A DNA stretch of 64,000 bases. Source: Bacteroidales bacterium (lineage in GTDB: Bacteria > Bacteroidota > Bacteroidia > Bacteroidales > UBA932). Each line of letters starts with the position of its first letter. Position 1 is the first letter of the stretch. Where the stretch lies: NCBI GenBank assembly GCA_024401715.1, contig JAKSKO010000001.1, positions 6,891 to 70,890 on the forward strand, read 5' to 3'. This document shows, piece by piece, positions 38,115 to 48,815 of the stretch. The notes under the pieces were generated by a model. It did no database searches and was not told where the DNA came from. It was given only the letters and a program-made list of their open reading frames with translations. The translations under genes were made by a program, and so were the position numbers.

Positions 38115-40304
38115 TTATTTAACCTCTTCCAGATACAGCACGCGGCTGCTCCAGTCATTCTTCTTGTGATATTCAACCTCGTTGGAGTACGGAATCTCCA
38201 GGCCGTTCTGCATAAGGAAAAGACCGTCGAACACCTTGCCCTCGAATTTCAGAGGCTGCAGGTCCACGCGGTTAAGCTCTTTCACACGATACTGCTTGCA
38301 AGGGTCCAGACCTGCCATGCACACGCGTGGGAAATGGGAATCATACATATTCTCCAGCTTCCACCAATAGAACACGGCCTTGTCCTTCTCTTCGCTCACA
38401 TACATCATCGAGGCTATACCCTTGTTGTCGTAAGGAGACACAAGACGGTAGATATCGCCGAACTGAACCACAGGACGAATCTCCTTGTACTGGGCAATCG
38501 CATTGCGGCACAGGGTCTTCTCCTCCTCTGTCATGTTCTTCGGCTGGATCTCCATGCCCAGACGGCCGCTCATTGCAACGTCAATACGGTATTTCAGCGC
38601 TGTGGTGCGGAATACGGTATGGTTTGGAGTTGCGCTGATATGGCTTGCCATGGCAATTGCAGGGAAGAAATAGGATGTACCCCACTGCATGTACACGCGC
38701 TGCAGGGCATCGGTGTTGTCGCTTACCCAGAACTCGTCGAACCAAGGCAGCACGCCCCAGTTGGCACGTCCGCCACCGCTGGCGCAGCACTGGATGGTAA
38801 TATCAGGATACTTGGCACGGATGCGGTCGCAGGCCTTTGCAAAGCCGCGCCAGTACTCTACCTCCAGATGGCCCTGGTGCTTGAGATACTTGCTGTGACG
38901 GCTCTGGACAGGCATGTTTGCATCCCACTTGATATAGTCTATCTGAGGGTTTTCCGTCATAATCTTGTCTACGACATCAACCACAAAGTCCTGCACTGCA
39001 GGGTTGCACATATCCAGCACCAGCTGTGTGCCGCCGCGGCCGTAGTCGTTGGGACGGTTTGGAGTGCCAAGAACCCAGTCCGGATGTGCCTCGTAAAGCT
39101 CGGAAGGATTGTTGGTCATCTCCGGCTCTATCCATATGCCGAATTTTATGCCGTGCTGCGTTGCATGCTCCACCAGCCAGCCTATGCCGTGAGGAAGCTT
39201 GTTCCTGTCCACGATCCAGTCGCCAAGGCTGCTGTTGTCTGTAAGACGCGGATATTTGTCGCCAAACCAGCCGTCGTCCATCACAAAGAGCTCGCCGCCC
39301 ATGGAGGCGATATCGCCCATCATCTGGTCCATTCCAGGCTCGTTGATGTCAAAATATACGCCCTCCCAGCTGTTCAGGAGCACCTTGCGCTCTTTGTCTC
39401 CGTGTGCAAGGCGGTATTTGCGGCCCCAGTTGTGGAAGTTGCGGCTCACACCGCTAAGGCCCTGTGCAGAATAGGTGTAGGCAAGGGCCGGAGTTGTAAA
39501 GCGCTCGCCCTTCTCAAGGATGTATTCCGAGTTTTCGTCACAGATGCCGGCGTAGAACATGTTGTAGTCATCGTCGTTGCTCTTGAAGCGCAGCTCGTAG
39601 TCGCCGCCCCACTCCAGGGCAACACCTATCACGCGGCCGCTGTTCTCGGCAGGTTTGCCGTCAAGGCTTATCATGGCCTCGGCATGGGCGGTGTGCGAGT
39701 TGCGTGTGCCGTCGGTATTCTTGATTACCTTGTAGCCGCGGGTAAGAGGCTCGGTATTCACCCTGCCCTCATTGGCCCATGTGCCGTACAGCGTGCTTAT
39801 CCACACGTCGCCACCCCTGAAAGGAAGGCTACCGCTGAAGTATCGGCCAAGAGTGAGAGGCTTCTTGCCATCATTGCCAATCTCTGCCCATGTCTCGATG
39901 AGGTCCTGCTGCTCGTAGCTCTTGAAGAAGTTCTTCACAACAACGGGATATACAGGATCCTTGGTGGTCACGGTAACAATCTTGCCGCCCTCCCAGGCCT
40001 CTTCCTTCACGTCCACGATTGGCAGCACAAGGGTCTTGTTGCCATCGGGATGCGTAACCGCGATGGTATAGTCCACGGCCGAATGCTGGCCAAACGGAGC
40101 ATAGGCGCGGTGGCTCCTGAAGCCGGCGTCAAAGACGCTCTGCACATCGTCAAGCGCGGCACCGTAATAGGCAATGCCAAGGTCGCCGCCTGTTTTTGTG
40201 TCAAGCACAAGGGTTGTGTTCTTTGTGCCGATGACGGTCTGTGCCTGTGCCGATATGGCAAAAGCCGCAGCAAAGAAAAGGGAAATGATGGTATGTTTTT
40301 TCAT
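38115..40304 (-). CDS. GH36 alpha-galactosidase
   Basis: Signal peptide; LLNSWEGVYF, ELFVMDDGWFG, FGIWIEPEM, YIKWDAN, CASGGGR, WVSDNTD. Confidence 0.93.
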   Translation of the reverse strand: MKKHTIISLFFAAAFAISAQAQTVIGTKNTTLVLDTKTGGDLGIAYYGAALDDVQSVFDAGFRSHRAYAPFGQHSAVDYTIAVTHPDGNKTLVLPIVDVKEEAWEGGKIVTVTTKDPVYPVVVKNFFKSYEQQDLIETWAEIGNDGKKPLTLGRYFSGSLPFRGGDVWISTLYGTWANEGRVNTEPLTRGYKVIKNTDGTRNSHTAHAEAMISLDGKPAENSGRVIGVALEWGGDYELRFKSNDDDYNMFYAGICDENSEYILEKGERFTTPALAYTYSAQGLSGVSRNFHNWGRKYRLAHGDKERKVLLNSWEGVYFDINEPGMDQMMGDIASMGGELFVMDDGWFGDKYPRLTDNSSLGDWIVDRNKLPHGIGWLVEHATQHGIKFGIWIEPEMTNNPSELYEAHPDWVLGTPNRPNDYGRGGTQLVLDMCNPAVQDFVVDVVDKIMTENPQIDYIKWDANMPVQSRHSKYLKHQGHLEVEYWRGFAKACDRIRAKYPDITIQCCASGGGRANWGVLPWFDEFWVSDNTDALQRVYMQWGTSYFFPAIAMASHISATPNHTVFRTTALKYRIDVAMSGRLGMEIQPKNMTEEEKTLCRNAIAQYKEIRPVVQFGDIYRLVSPYDNKGIASMMYVSEEKDKAVFYWWKLENMYDSHFPRVCMAGLDPCKQYRVKELNRVDLQPLKFEGKVFDGLFLMQNGLEIPYSNEVEYHKKNDWSSRVLYLEEVK

Positions 40305-40317
40305 ATTGTCGGATCGA

Positions 40318-42744
40318 TTAAAGTTCCACTGTTACGTCGTGTGTACCAGGCTCGTAAGGGATAAAGGCCTTGCCGCCCTTGCCAGTGAGCTTGACGGTGA
40401 TGTTGTACACGGCATCGCGCCATACGCGGCGCACCTTGTAGCCTTTCCAGTCGGCAGGGACGCAAGGCTCTATGCTTAGGCCGTCATACTCCGGTTTCAC
40501 GCCAAGTATCCACTGCGAAGCCAGATACCAGTTCCAGGCTGCGGTGCCTGTGAGCCAGCTGTTCTTTCCCTCGCCCGGACGTGCACTCTCCTTGCCGGCC
40601 ACCATCTGGCAGTATACGTAAGGCTCCACCCTGTGCAGGTTCTGGTCTTTGGTGAAGGCCGGGCAGATCTTGCAGTAGTGGTCCCATGCATCCTGTGCAC
40701 GGCCGGCCACAACCTCACCTATGATAACCCAAGGGTTGTTGTGGCAGAATATGCCGCCGTTCTCCTTGTAGCCCTGAGGGTAAGATGAAATCTCACCATA
40801 TTCTATGTGGTATTTCGTGAATGCAGGATAGTTCAGAACCATACCGTGCTCGCTGTCCAGAAGGGCCTTGCTGCTGTCCAGAGCCTTGTCGCACAGGCCC
40901 TCGGCAGCACCGATGCCGGCCATTGTGCACCAGCCCTGGCTCTCTATGAATATGTGGCTGCCCTCGCTCTCTTTGGAACCAATCTTGCCGCCATAGAAAT
41001 CGTATGCGCGCAGGAACCATTCACCGTCCCAGCCATATTTCTTCACAGCCTCTTCCATATCGGCGATGGCTGCCTTCACATTTGCAATCTCATCATCGTG
41101 TCCGCCGCCTGGAATATGCTGCAGAAGCTCCAGATACTGGTGTCCGCAGAACACGAACTGGCCCGCAATCATAAGGCTCTCCGCCTTGCTTCCCACGGAA
41201 TTGTTCTCTGTGGTCTGGAAGCTTTCGTTAGGGTCGTTGCTGAAGCAGTTCAGGTTCAGACAGTCGTTCCAGTCTGCACGGCCAATCAGCGGAAGCCCGT
41301 GAGGGCCAAGGTTGTCTGTGACGTGCTTGAATGAAACACGCAGGTGCTCCAGCAGGCTCACCTCGCTGCCCGGCTGGTTGTCGAACGGAACCGGAGCATC
41401 CAGGATGCCGAAATCGCCGCTCTCCTTGATATATGCAACCGTGCCGAAGATAAGCCACAGAGGGTCGTCATTGAAGCCACCGCCTATGTCGTTGTTGCCG
41501 CGTTTGGTAAGAGGCTGGTACTGGTGGTAGCAGCCGCCGTCCGGGAACTGGGTGGATGCGATATCAATTATTCTCTCGCGTGCACGGGCAGGAATCTGGT
41601 GTACGAAGCCCACAAGGTCCTGGTTGGAATCGCGGAAACCCATTCCACGGCCCACGCCGCTCTCGAAGAAGGATGCGCTTCGGCTCATGTTGAATGTAAC
41701 CATGCACTGATACTGGTTCCATATGTTCACCATGCGGTTCAGTTCCTCGCTCTCGGACTCTACGCTGTATCGGTCCAGAAGGGAGTCCCAATACTGGCAA
41801 AGCTGCGCAAATGCGGCGTCCACCTTCTCCGTGGTGTTGAAGCGCGCAATCATCTCCTTCGCAACGCTCTTGTTCACAAGGGCAGAGCAGGTGTTAAGTA
41901 TCTCCGGATGCGCCTCGGTATCGAATTTCTGGTCCTGAGGCATCTCCACATAACCCAGGATGAACACGATATCGCGGCTCTCGCCAGGCTCCAGGCAAAG
42001 GTCGAAGCGGTGCGATGCCACAGGGCTCCAGCCGTGCGCCACGCTGTTCTTTGAAATACCCTCAACCACACACTCCGGTGCGTCGAAACCGTTATACAGG
42101 CCGATGAAGCTCTCGCGGTCTGTGTCGAAGCCGCTCACAGGAGCATTGGCGCTGTAGAAAGCGAAATGATCCCTGCGCTCGCGGTACTCTGTCTTGTGAT
42201 AGATGGTGCTACCGTCAATCTCCACCTCGCCGGTAGAGAAGTTGCGCTGGAAGTTTTCCATATCGGTGGCGGCATTCCAAAGGCACCACTCCTCGAAGGA
42301 ATACAGTTTGAATTCCTTCTTCTGGGACGATTTGTTGCAAAGGGTCACCTTCTGCACCTCGCAACGGCTGCCCATTGGCACGAAGAAAAGCACCGATGCC
42401 TCCAGGCCGTTCAAAGATCCTGTGATGCGGGTGTATCCCATGCCGTGGCGGCACTCATAGAAGTCCAGTTTAGTCTTGCTTGGCTTCCAGCCCGGGTTCC
42501 AGATCTTTCCACCCTCGTTGATATAGAAATATCGTCCGCCGGCATCCATAGGAACGCCGTTATAGCGGTAGCGTGTGATTCTGCGGAACTTTGCATCGCG
42601 GCAGAAACTGTATCCGCCGGCTGTGCCGGAAATCAGAGAGAAGAAATCCTCTGTTCCAAGATAATTTATCCAAGGCCAGGGAGTTGCGGGATCTGTGATT
42701 ACGAACTCGCGGGCCGCATCATCAAAATGACCGTAATTTTTCAT
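40318..42744 (-). CDS. GH94 cellobiose phosphorylase-like enzyme (cytoplasmic)
   Basis: [51 protein letters not shown]...[30 protein letters not shown]. No signal peptide. Confidence 0.93.
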   Translation of the reverse strand: MKNYGHFDDAAREFVITDPATPWPWINYLGTEDFFSLISGTAGGYSFCRDAKFRRITRYRYNGVPMDAGGRYFYINEGGKIWNPGWKPSKTKLDFYECRHGMGYTRITGSLNGLEASVLFFVPMGSRCEVQKVTLCNKSSQKKEFKLYSFEEWCLWNAATDMENFQRNFSTGEVEIDGSTIYHKTEYRERRDHFAFYSANAPVSGFDTDRESFIGLYNGFDAPECVVEGISKNSVAHGWSPVASHRFDLCLEPGESRDIVFILGYVEMPQDQKFDTEAHPEILNTCSALVNKSVAKEMIARFNTTEKVDAAFAQLCQYWDSLLDRYSVESESEELNRMVNIWNQYQCMVTFNMSRSASFFESGVGRGMGFRDSNQDLVGFVHQIPARARERIIDIASTQFPDGGCYHQYQPLTKRGNNDIGGGFNDDPLWLIFGTVAYIKESGDFGILDAPVPFDNQPGSEVSLLEHLRVSFKHVTDNLGPHGLPLIGRADWNDCLNLNCFSNDPNESFQTTENNSVGSKAESLMIAGQFVFCGHQYLELLQHIPGGGHDDEIANVKAAIADMEEAVKKYGWDGEWFLRAYDFYGGKIGSKESEGSHIFIESQGWCTMAGIGAAEGLCDKALDSSKALLDSEHGMVLNYPAFTKYHIEYGEISSYPQGYKENGGIFCHNNPWVIIGEVVAGRAQDAWDHYCKICPAFTKDQNLHRVEPYVYCQMVAGKESARPGEGKNSWLTGTAAWNWYLASQWILGVKPEYDGLSIEPCVPADWKGYKVRRVWRDAVYNITVKLTGKGGKAFIPYEPGTHDVTVEL

Positions 42745-42767
42745 CGTAATAATCGGTATTTCAAAAA

Positions 42768-44123
42768 CTATTTCTTGATAGGGAACTTATATGCAAGCAA
42801 TCCCATAACCACTGCAAGGGCTGCAGGAATCAGGGAGAACAGCAGCCACACCATCTGGCGCACAGACTCCTCGTCCGTGATTGTAACTATGGTCTGGCCA
42901 GTTGTCATGTCGGTTTCGGAAACCAGGCCTGCGATGCCAAGAAGCATGGCGATAAGCGAACCGGAAACGGCGCCGCCAAGTTTCTGTGCCATGGTGCCTG
43001 AAGAGAAGATGAGGCCTGTTGACGAAGTGCCGAACTTCTCTGTGGCATAATCGGCAACATCGGCATACATGCTCCACAGAAGCGGAGAATAGAAACCGGC
43101 GCCGATAGAGGCCAGGACGTTAACACCCACCATCACCCAGATGTAGGCCGGGTTCATAGGGATGAAGAAGTAAAGCACCGATGCAGCGCAGCAGATGACT
43201 GCAGACCATACGAAGGCCATGCGCTTGCTGCCCACCCATTTGGTGAATACCGGAGACAGACCGCCGAAGACCATGCAGGTAACCTCGCTGAAGGCCATGA
43301 ATACGGTGTAGTTGATAATGAGACGGCCCACGGTTACGTCGCCGCCAAGACAGTAGGTTATCATGTAACCCGCAACCGCATAACGGAAACCGTTGAAGAA
43401 GTTTGTGCAGATTGCAATCAGGGTCATGTATATCCATGGTTTGTTGCGGAAAAGGTCTGCGAACTGGCGGAAAGAGAATTTCTCTGCACGCACAGGTTTA
43501 AGCCTCTCCTTGGTGAGGAGGCCGCAAAGCAGGGTCATCACCGCAGCAAGTATACCGAAGCCCACGCCCAGCACGGTGTACTGGTGAGCCTCTGTGCCGC
43601 CGATGAATTTCTGGAGGTACGGGAAGGACAGCAGAGTTACGAAACCCATTGCATAAGCTCCCACCATGCGGTATGAAGAGAACTGGTTTTTCTCGTTGTC
43701 GTCATCTGTCATCACGCCCAGAAGCGAACCGTAAGGCACGTTAACGGCAGTGTACAAAGCCATCATCAGAAGATAGAAAGTGTATGCCCACACGCGTTTT
43801 GCTCCGGGGCCCAGTTCCGGTGTGAACAGCAGAAGCATGAACACAAGACCGTAAGGGATGGCGCCGTAGATGAGCCATGGACGGTATGTGCCGAAGCGGC
43901 TCTGGGTGCGGTCTGCAAGGCTGCCCATCACAGGGTCTGTTACGACGTCAAAAAGACGTGCTATGAGCATCAGCGCCGCAGCATCGGCAAATGAAAGTCC
44001 GAAGACATTGGTGAAGAACAGCGGGAAGGCGATTGACATTATCTTCCATGTGATACCGCCCGCAGCCGCATCACCAAGCGCATACGCTATTTTTTCTCCG
44101 ATAGTTGGTTTTGAAAGTGCCAT
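42768..44123 (-). CDS. GPH/MFS glycoside-cation symporter
   Basis: [42 protein letters not shown]. Confidence 0.92.
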   Translation of the reverse strand: MALSKPTIGEKIAYALGDAAAGGITWKIMSIAFPLFFTNVFGLSFADAAALMLIARLFDVVTDPVMGSLADRTQSRFGTYRPWLIYGAIPYGLVFMLLLFTPELGPGAKRVWAYTFYLLMMALYTAVNVPYGSLLGVMTDDDNEKNQFSSYRMVGAYAMGFVTLLSFPYLQKFIGGTEAHQYTVLGVGFGILAAVMTLLCGLLTKERLKPVRAEKFSFRQFADLFRNKPWIYMTLIAICTNFFNGFRYAVAGYMITYCLGGDVTVGRLIINYTVFMAFSEVTCMVFGGLSPVFTKWVGSKRMAFVWSAVICCAASVLYFFIPMNPAYIWVMVGVNVLASIGAGFYSPLLWSMYADVADYATEKFGTSSTGLIFSSGTMAQKLGGAVSGSLIAMLLGIAGLVSETDMTTGQTIVTITDEESVRQMVWLLFSLIPAALAVVMGLLAYKFPIKK

Positions 44124-44127
44124 TGGA

Positions 44128-45285
44128 TTATTTTTTTAGATTTTTATCAATGAGTCTGTTAAGTCTTTCCACGGTGAGGCCGGTGCGATAGCCGTCCTGC
44201 TCTGTGTTCATGCAGTAGTCCACAAGGCGGTCTACGGTTGAGGTGGCAACGTGCATGCGTGTGTCGCATGAAGCATAGTAGATATATACCCTGCCATCCT
44301 CGTCGGCAATCCATCCGTTGCTGAAAAGCACGTTCATAACGTCGCCTATATATTCCTCGTCCTCCGGAACCATGAAGAAACCTGCCGGCTGGGCAATGAG
44401 TTTCGTAGGGTCCTCAAGGGAAGTCATATACATATACAGGACATAACGCAGGCCCGAAGCGCAGCCGCGCACACCGTGCGCAAGATGCAGCCAGCCCTTT
44501 GAAGTCTTGATAGGGTGCGGGCCCTCGCCGTTCTTGCTCTCCTTGATGGTGTGGTAGAAGCGCTGGTTGATTATCTTCTCTTCCTTAACCTCTGCATTGG
44601 TGATGTCGTCCACCAGGGCCCAGCCTATGCCACCGCCGCTGCCAGCATCAATGAAACCGTCCTGCGGGCGTGTGTACAGGGCATATTTGCCGTCCACAAA
44701 CTCCGGATGCAGAACAACGTTGCGCTGCTGGCTCTTGGATTTCAAATCCGGAAGCCTCTCCCAGTTCACCAGGTCTCTGGTGCGGGCTATGCCGCAGGCT
44801 GCAGTTGCCGCAGAAAGGTCTCCGGGCACGCTGTGGTCCTTGCGTTCCACACAGAAAAGGCCGTAGATCCAGCCGTCCTGGTGGCGTGTAAGGCGCATGT
44901 CATACACGTTTGTTGCGGGCTCTCCATACTCCGGCATGGTAACAGGATGATCCCAGAAACGGAAATTATCCACTCCGTTGGGGCTTTCCGCCACAGCAAA
45001 GAAAGACTTGCGGTCATCGGCCTCAACGCGCACAACAAGCACATACTTGTCTCCCCATTTGATGGCGCCGCTGTTGAATGCGGCATGCACGCCGAAACGC
45101 TCTTCCAGGAAAGGATTATCCTTCGGGTCCAAATCGTAACGCCAAAAAAGAGGGGCGTGGGCTGCCGTAAGGATAGGATTCTTATATCTCTCATAAACCC
45201 CGTTGCAGTAAACGGGTTCGTTTTTCATAGTTATCAAGGCCTCATGCTCTGCCTCAAGGGCAGAAAGTTTCTCCTGAAAATCCAT
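44128..45285 (-). CDS. mgp: GH130 4-O-beta-D-mannosyl-D-glucose phosphorylase
   Basis: ILTAAHAPLFWRYDL, DRKSFFAVAES, NVYDMRLT, SQQRNVVLHPEFVDGKYALYTRP, GDVMNVLFSNG. Resembles the Bacteroides fragilis MGP type. Confidence 0.9.
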   Translation of the reverse strand: MDFQEKLSALEAEHEALITMKNEPVYCNGVYERYKNPILTAAHAPLFWRYDLDPKDNPFLEERFGVHAAFNSGAIKWGDKYVLVVRVEADDRKSFFAVAESPNGVDNFRFWDHPVTMPEYGEPATNVYDMRLTRHQDGWIYGLFCVERKDHSVPGDLSAATAACGIARTRDLVNWERLPDLKSKSQQRNVVLHPEFVDGKYALYTRPQDGFIDAGSGGGIGWALVDDITNAEVKEEKIINQRFYHTIKESKNGEGPHPIKTSKGWLHLAHGVRGCASGLRYVLYMYMTSLEDPTKLIAQPAGFFMVPEDEEYIGDVMNVLFSNGWIADEDGRVYIYYASCDTRMHVATSTVDRLVDYCMNTEQDGYRTGLTVERLNRLIDKNLKK

Positions 45286-45292
45286 AGTTTAT

Positions 45293-46336
45293 TTATTTGA
45301 CAAAAATTGTTCTTTCGTTATTGCAGAATTCCACGAAGTCCTGCTCGCAAGCGGCACCTTTCCAAGGGCCGAAGAAATGCTGCGGCCTGTCCCAGGCATT
45401 GCGCCATGTGAGGACATATGCAACAGGGAAACCCTCCACTGAAGGAAGCAACTCCTCTGTCCACCATTTAGGATTGCCTATGCCCTCTGAACCGGTCTCA
45501 CAAACCGCCATCACCTTACCATGCTCTTTTGCAAGAGGAAGTATGGTTTCCATCTGGCTGCGCATGCCCTCGGTGAAATTGGCACTATGGCCGTGGTAAT
45601 AGTCAAATCCCATGATATCCACATATTCGTCACCGGGATATGTAAGCATATACTTTTCCGCATCAACAACCCCGTTTGGTGAATATGCCCATACCAGATT
45701 GTCAATGCCTCTTTCTTTCACGAAATAATCATAAGTCATAATCCACAGCTGCTTGAACTGCTCCGGTGTGCAAAGGTCTGCACCCCACCAGAACCAGCTG
45801 CCGCTGTTCTCGTGCCAAGGACGGAAAATCAGAGGGAAACCATAGCTCTGGATATAATCCGCCGCACGCTGCAGCCAAACCATGAATTCATCGTGTTTCT
45901 CTCCTCCTGGAAGTATGGATTCCACCACCTTGTCTGAAGACACATCCCATGCGTCGCCACCGGTAAGAGGATTGCGGGGATGCCAGCTGAAGGTTATGAT
46001 ACCGCCCTTGTCATGAAGCCATGCAGCGGCCTGGCGCATCTGCCGGAAACTGTTACCATCCAGATTTTTATCACTGCCAAGTTCTATGCCGCCAAGGTCG
46101 TAACCAAGCATTGAAGGATATTCTCCGCAGACGTCAAAGACATCCGAACGGCTGAAATCGCAATCTGCATCTTCCAGGCGCCATGAATGCCCGTACATAA
46201 GATCGTCTTGATGACAATAATAGAATCTGCCCGATTCTGCAGTCTGTTTCAACTGTTCCAGAAGAGGCTGCGCCACGGGTTGCTGTGCACATGCGGCAAA
46301 AAGAGCCGCAGTAAGGATAAGGCTTAATTTTTTCAT
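45293..46336 (-). CDS. GH26 beta-mannanase lipoprotein
   Basis: Lipobox MKKLSLILTAALFAAC from 46336; SWHPRNP, IFRPWHE (acid/base), YPGDEYVD, VCETG (nucleophile). Confidence 0.92.
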   Translation of the reverse strand: MKKLSLILTAALFAACAQQPVAQPLLEQLKQTAESGRFYYCHQDDLMYGHSWRLEDADCDFSRSDVFDVCGEYPSMLGYDLGGIELGSDKNLDGNSFRQMRQAAAWLHDKGGIITFSWHPRNPLTGGDAWDVSSDKVVESILPGGEKHDEFMVWLQRAADYIQSYGFPLIFRPWHENSGSWFWWGADLCTPEQFKQLWIMTYDYFVKERGIDNLVWAYSPNGVVDAEKYMLTYPGDEYVDIMGFDYYHGHSANFTEGMRSQMETILPLAKEHGKVMAVCETGSEGIGNPKWWTEELLPSVEGFPVAYVLTWRNAWDRPQHFFGPWKGAACEQDFVEFCNNERTIFVK

Positions 46337-46350
46337 ATGTGGTTTCAATA

Positions 46351-48714
46351 TCATTTCAGGCTGTCAAAGAATTTCTCCCTCTCTGCCGCCCACTCCGGCA
46401 CGGCCCATATGCCATGTCCGCAATATGCTGCAGTGTAATAGGATTTAGGACCGGCAAACTGGTTGTAGGCCGCAAAATTGGTGTGAGGCGGGCAGGTTGG
46501 GTCCTGAAGGCCGAAGCCCATCTTCACAGGGCACTTCACGCGGCGTGCGAAGTTCTTGGTATCGAACCAGCGCAGAAGGTCCAGCACCTGTTCGCGGCTG
46601 ATACCCTCTTTCTCCGCAGCCTCGAACACCTCCCATACAGGCCACCACACTATCTTCCAATAGTCGCAGAAATCGCCCATGAAAGGAACTGCCGGCGCGG
46701 CTGCCTTAATCCTGTTGTCCAGTGCCGATGCAACGATGGTGAACGCGCCTCCCTGGCTTTCGCCCAGCGCAAACACATGGTCTGTATCGGCATTAGGGAG
46801 ACTGCACACGAAATCTATTGCGCGTACAACGTCGCAGTAGGCTCCCCTGTAATAGAAATTCTCCTTTGAATCCAGGCCGCGGTCTATCCAGCGGGCCTGA
46901 GGCTCGCGGAAGATACCCTGGCCGCGCACGCTAACAAGGAACTGTATGCGCTCCGGATTGGAATCCGGGTTATAGTCATATACACCGGCGCCATAGCCCA
47001 TGTACTCCAGATAAACCGGATATTTTCCTTCGGCATTTGGCATGCACAAAAGGCCGCCAATCTCTGCTCCGCCAAGGGATTTCATCTTCACGCGGTAGCT
47101 GCTGCGCACTTCGTTGCTGTGGGCCTCGTCCTTTTCCATGGTAACATCCATAGGAACTGCCGCAAGCTCCTGCAGGTTCTTTGTCCAGAAAGCGTCAAAC
47201 TCCTCAGGATTCACATCCACCGGGGATTCTATCATTTCCGGATCGATGCCTATATTGAAGCTCTTCAATTCCCCGCCGTTATAGCTTACGCGGGTCTGAT
47301 AGAAACCCGGCTCCACAGCGGAAAGATCAAATGAAGCACGCTGGCCCGCCTTCACGCTGCTGCCAAGGATGCAGACTGTATCGGCCTGAAGCATGAGGCT
47401 GCGGTCTGCAACAAGAGCCACATTCACGGTAACGTCGTTCCTGCTGTCGCCGTAGGTATCAACGTAAAGGGTTTTCTCCTTGCCGGTGAAAATCCAGTCG
47501 TGCTGCATCGCAACATAAACGTGGTTGTTGTTCTTCAGGGCCGATGTTGCAGCGGAAATCACGTCAACGGTGCTGTCGCCCACAAACACAGAGTTCAGGC
47601 CCTGCTGCTCCTGGCCCGGGTCGCCGCAATAGTCGTCACCCTCCTGCCACCACTCGTGGGCATTGTCCGCAAAACCGCCCCATGCCCAGAAATTGCAGCC
47701 TGCAAGAAGGCCGCCCTTGGCCTGGTTTTCCACAACACGGTTGAAAACATAGCCGTAAATGGCGTCTCGGCCTACGGTTGAAGAGGCTTTGTCGAAACAG
47801 AAACCGTCACGCGGATAACCGAACTCCTCCACAACCACCGGCTTGTTCATCTCGGCGGCAATCTTCAGATGAGAATCTATGTACTCCCCTATCTTCTCTA
47901 TTGCAGAATCGTATCCGTCCGATATTCCGTCTTCCTCCACCCAGCTCCAGTTATATGGCCAGATGTGTATGGTGATGTAATCAATCTCGCGGCTGTTGTT
48001 GATGCGGCGCACAAGGTCCATATCCTCCTCACAGCCCATGAAGCCCTCGTTGCCGGTGCTCACAAGATGGTCCGGATCTATGGATTTGATAAGCCATGCG
48101 GTGCTAAGTATATAATTCACGAATGCATCCTTGTTCTTTGGATCGGAGCTGAAACAGCGGGGCTCGTTGCTAATCTGCCAGCTGAAGATGGCTTTGCTGC
48201 CCTTCAGGCGCTCCACAGCCTTTTTCACATACTCCTGGTTCAGGGCCACAGCCTGCGAATTGGTATGGAAGCCGGCCATTGCACTCATATAAGCCTGATA
48301 GCCATCCACACTTGGCCTTGGCTGCCTTTGCGAGGTTGCGCTCTCCAGATAATCCAGGAAGCCGTAGCTCCACTCCCATGCATTGTTAAGGAAGAGCACA
48401 GCCTTCATGCCGCGCTTTTCCATCTGCTGCAGGGCAAGCTCCAGCGCATCCAGGTCTTCACCTTCGGTTGCAAGCACGCGAAGGTTGGTTACACCTATGC
48501 CCTTCAGATAGTCCAGCTCCTTTTCCAGGCGCTGCATGCCCTCTGCCGATGCGGCAAGACGTCCCGCATACCACATATTGGCTCCGATGAAATACTGGGG
48601 CTGACCGTCAAGCACGAACTGGCCGTCAACCACTTTCACGTCCTGCGACGCTTCCGAACCGCCGCAGGCAACAATTGCAAATACTGCAACAAAAAAGATG
48701 ATTAGTTTCTTCAT
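46351..48714 (-). CDS. Fused GH5 (mannanase-like) and CE7 acetyl esterase lipoprotein
   Basis: Lipobox ...FAIVAC. GH5 motifs WQISNEP, TIHIWP, VVEEFG, NFWAWGG. CE7 motifs EYMGYG, GESQGG, LQDPTCPP, CGH. Confidence 0.87.
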   Translation of the reverse strand: MKKLIIFFVAVFAIVACGGSEASQDVKVVDGQFVLDGQPQYFIGANMWYAGRLAASAEGMQRLEKELDYLKGIGVTNLRVLATEGEDLDALELALQQMEKRGMKAVLFLNNAWEWSYGFLDYLESATSQRQPRPSVDGYQAYMSAMAGFHTNSQAVALNQEYVKKAVERLKGSKAIFSWQISNEPRCFSSDPKNKDAFVNYILSTAWLIKSIDPDHLVSTGNEGFMGCEEDMDLVRRINNSREIDYITIHIWPYNWSWVEEDGISDGYDSAIEKIGEYIDSHLKIAAEMNKPVVVEEFGYPRDGFCFDKASSTVGRDAIYGYVFNRVVENQAKGGLLAGCNFWAWGGFADNAHEWWQEGDDYCGDPGQEQQGLNSVFVGDSTVDVISAATSALKNNNHVYVAMQHDWIFTGKEKTLYVDTYGDSRNDVTVNVALVADRSLMLQADTVCILGSSVKAGQRASFDLSAVEPGFYQTRVSYNGGELKSFNIGIDPEMIESPVDVNPEEFDAFWTKNLQELAAVPMDVTMEKDEAHSNEVRSSYRVKMKSLGGAEIGGLLCMPNAEGKYPVYLEYMGYGAGVYDYNPDSNPERIQFLVSVRGQGIFREPQARWIDRGLDSKENFYYRGAYCDVVRAIDFVCSLPNADTDHVFALGESQGGAFTIVASALDNRIKAAAPAVPFMGDFCDYWKIVWWPVWEVFEAAEKEGISREQVLDLLRWFDTKNFARRVKCPVKMGFGLQDPTCPPHTNFAAYNQFAGPKSYYTAAYCGHGIWAVPEWAAEREKFFDSLK

Positions 48715-48756
48715 AAAAAATGTGGGTTACGTAGTAAACACACCATGTAACCCACA
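48715..48756 (-). terminator. Intrinsic terminator-like hairpin downstream of xylA
   Basis: Minus strand: TGTGGGTTAC-N16-GTAACCCACA (perfect 10-bp stem) followed by TTTTTT and then directly by the ATG of the GH5-CE7 gene. Confidence 0.65.
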
Positions 48757-48815
48757 AAATTAATAATTAATCAGTTAAATGACTGATACTATTATAACAT
48801 ATATTTTTGTTATTT

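Noticed and set aside
38166-40364. 732-aa plus-strand ORF and other long antisense ORFs (for example 13182-14996, 28086-29453, 29571-30884, 8548-9690, 50484-51572)
   Set aside because: They shadow well-supported genes on the opposite strand, have no recognisable motifs and are expected from GC3-biased codon usage.
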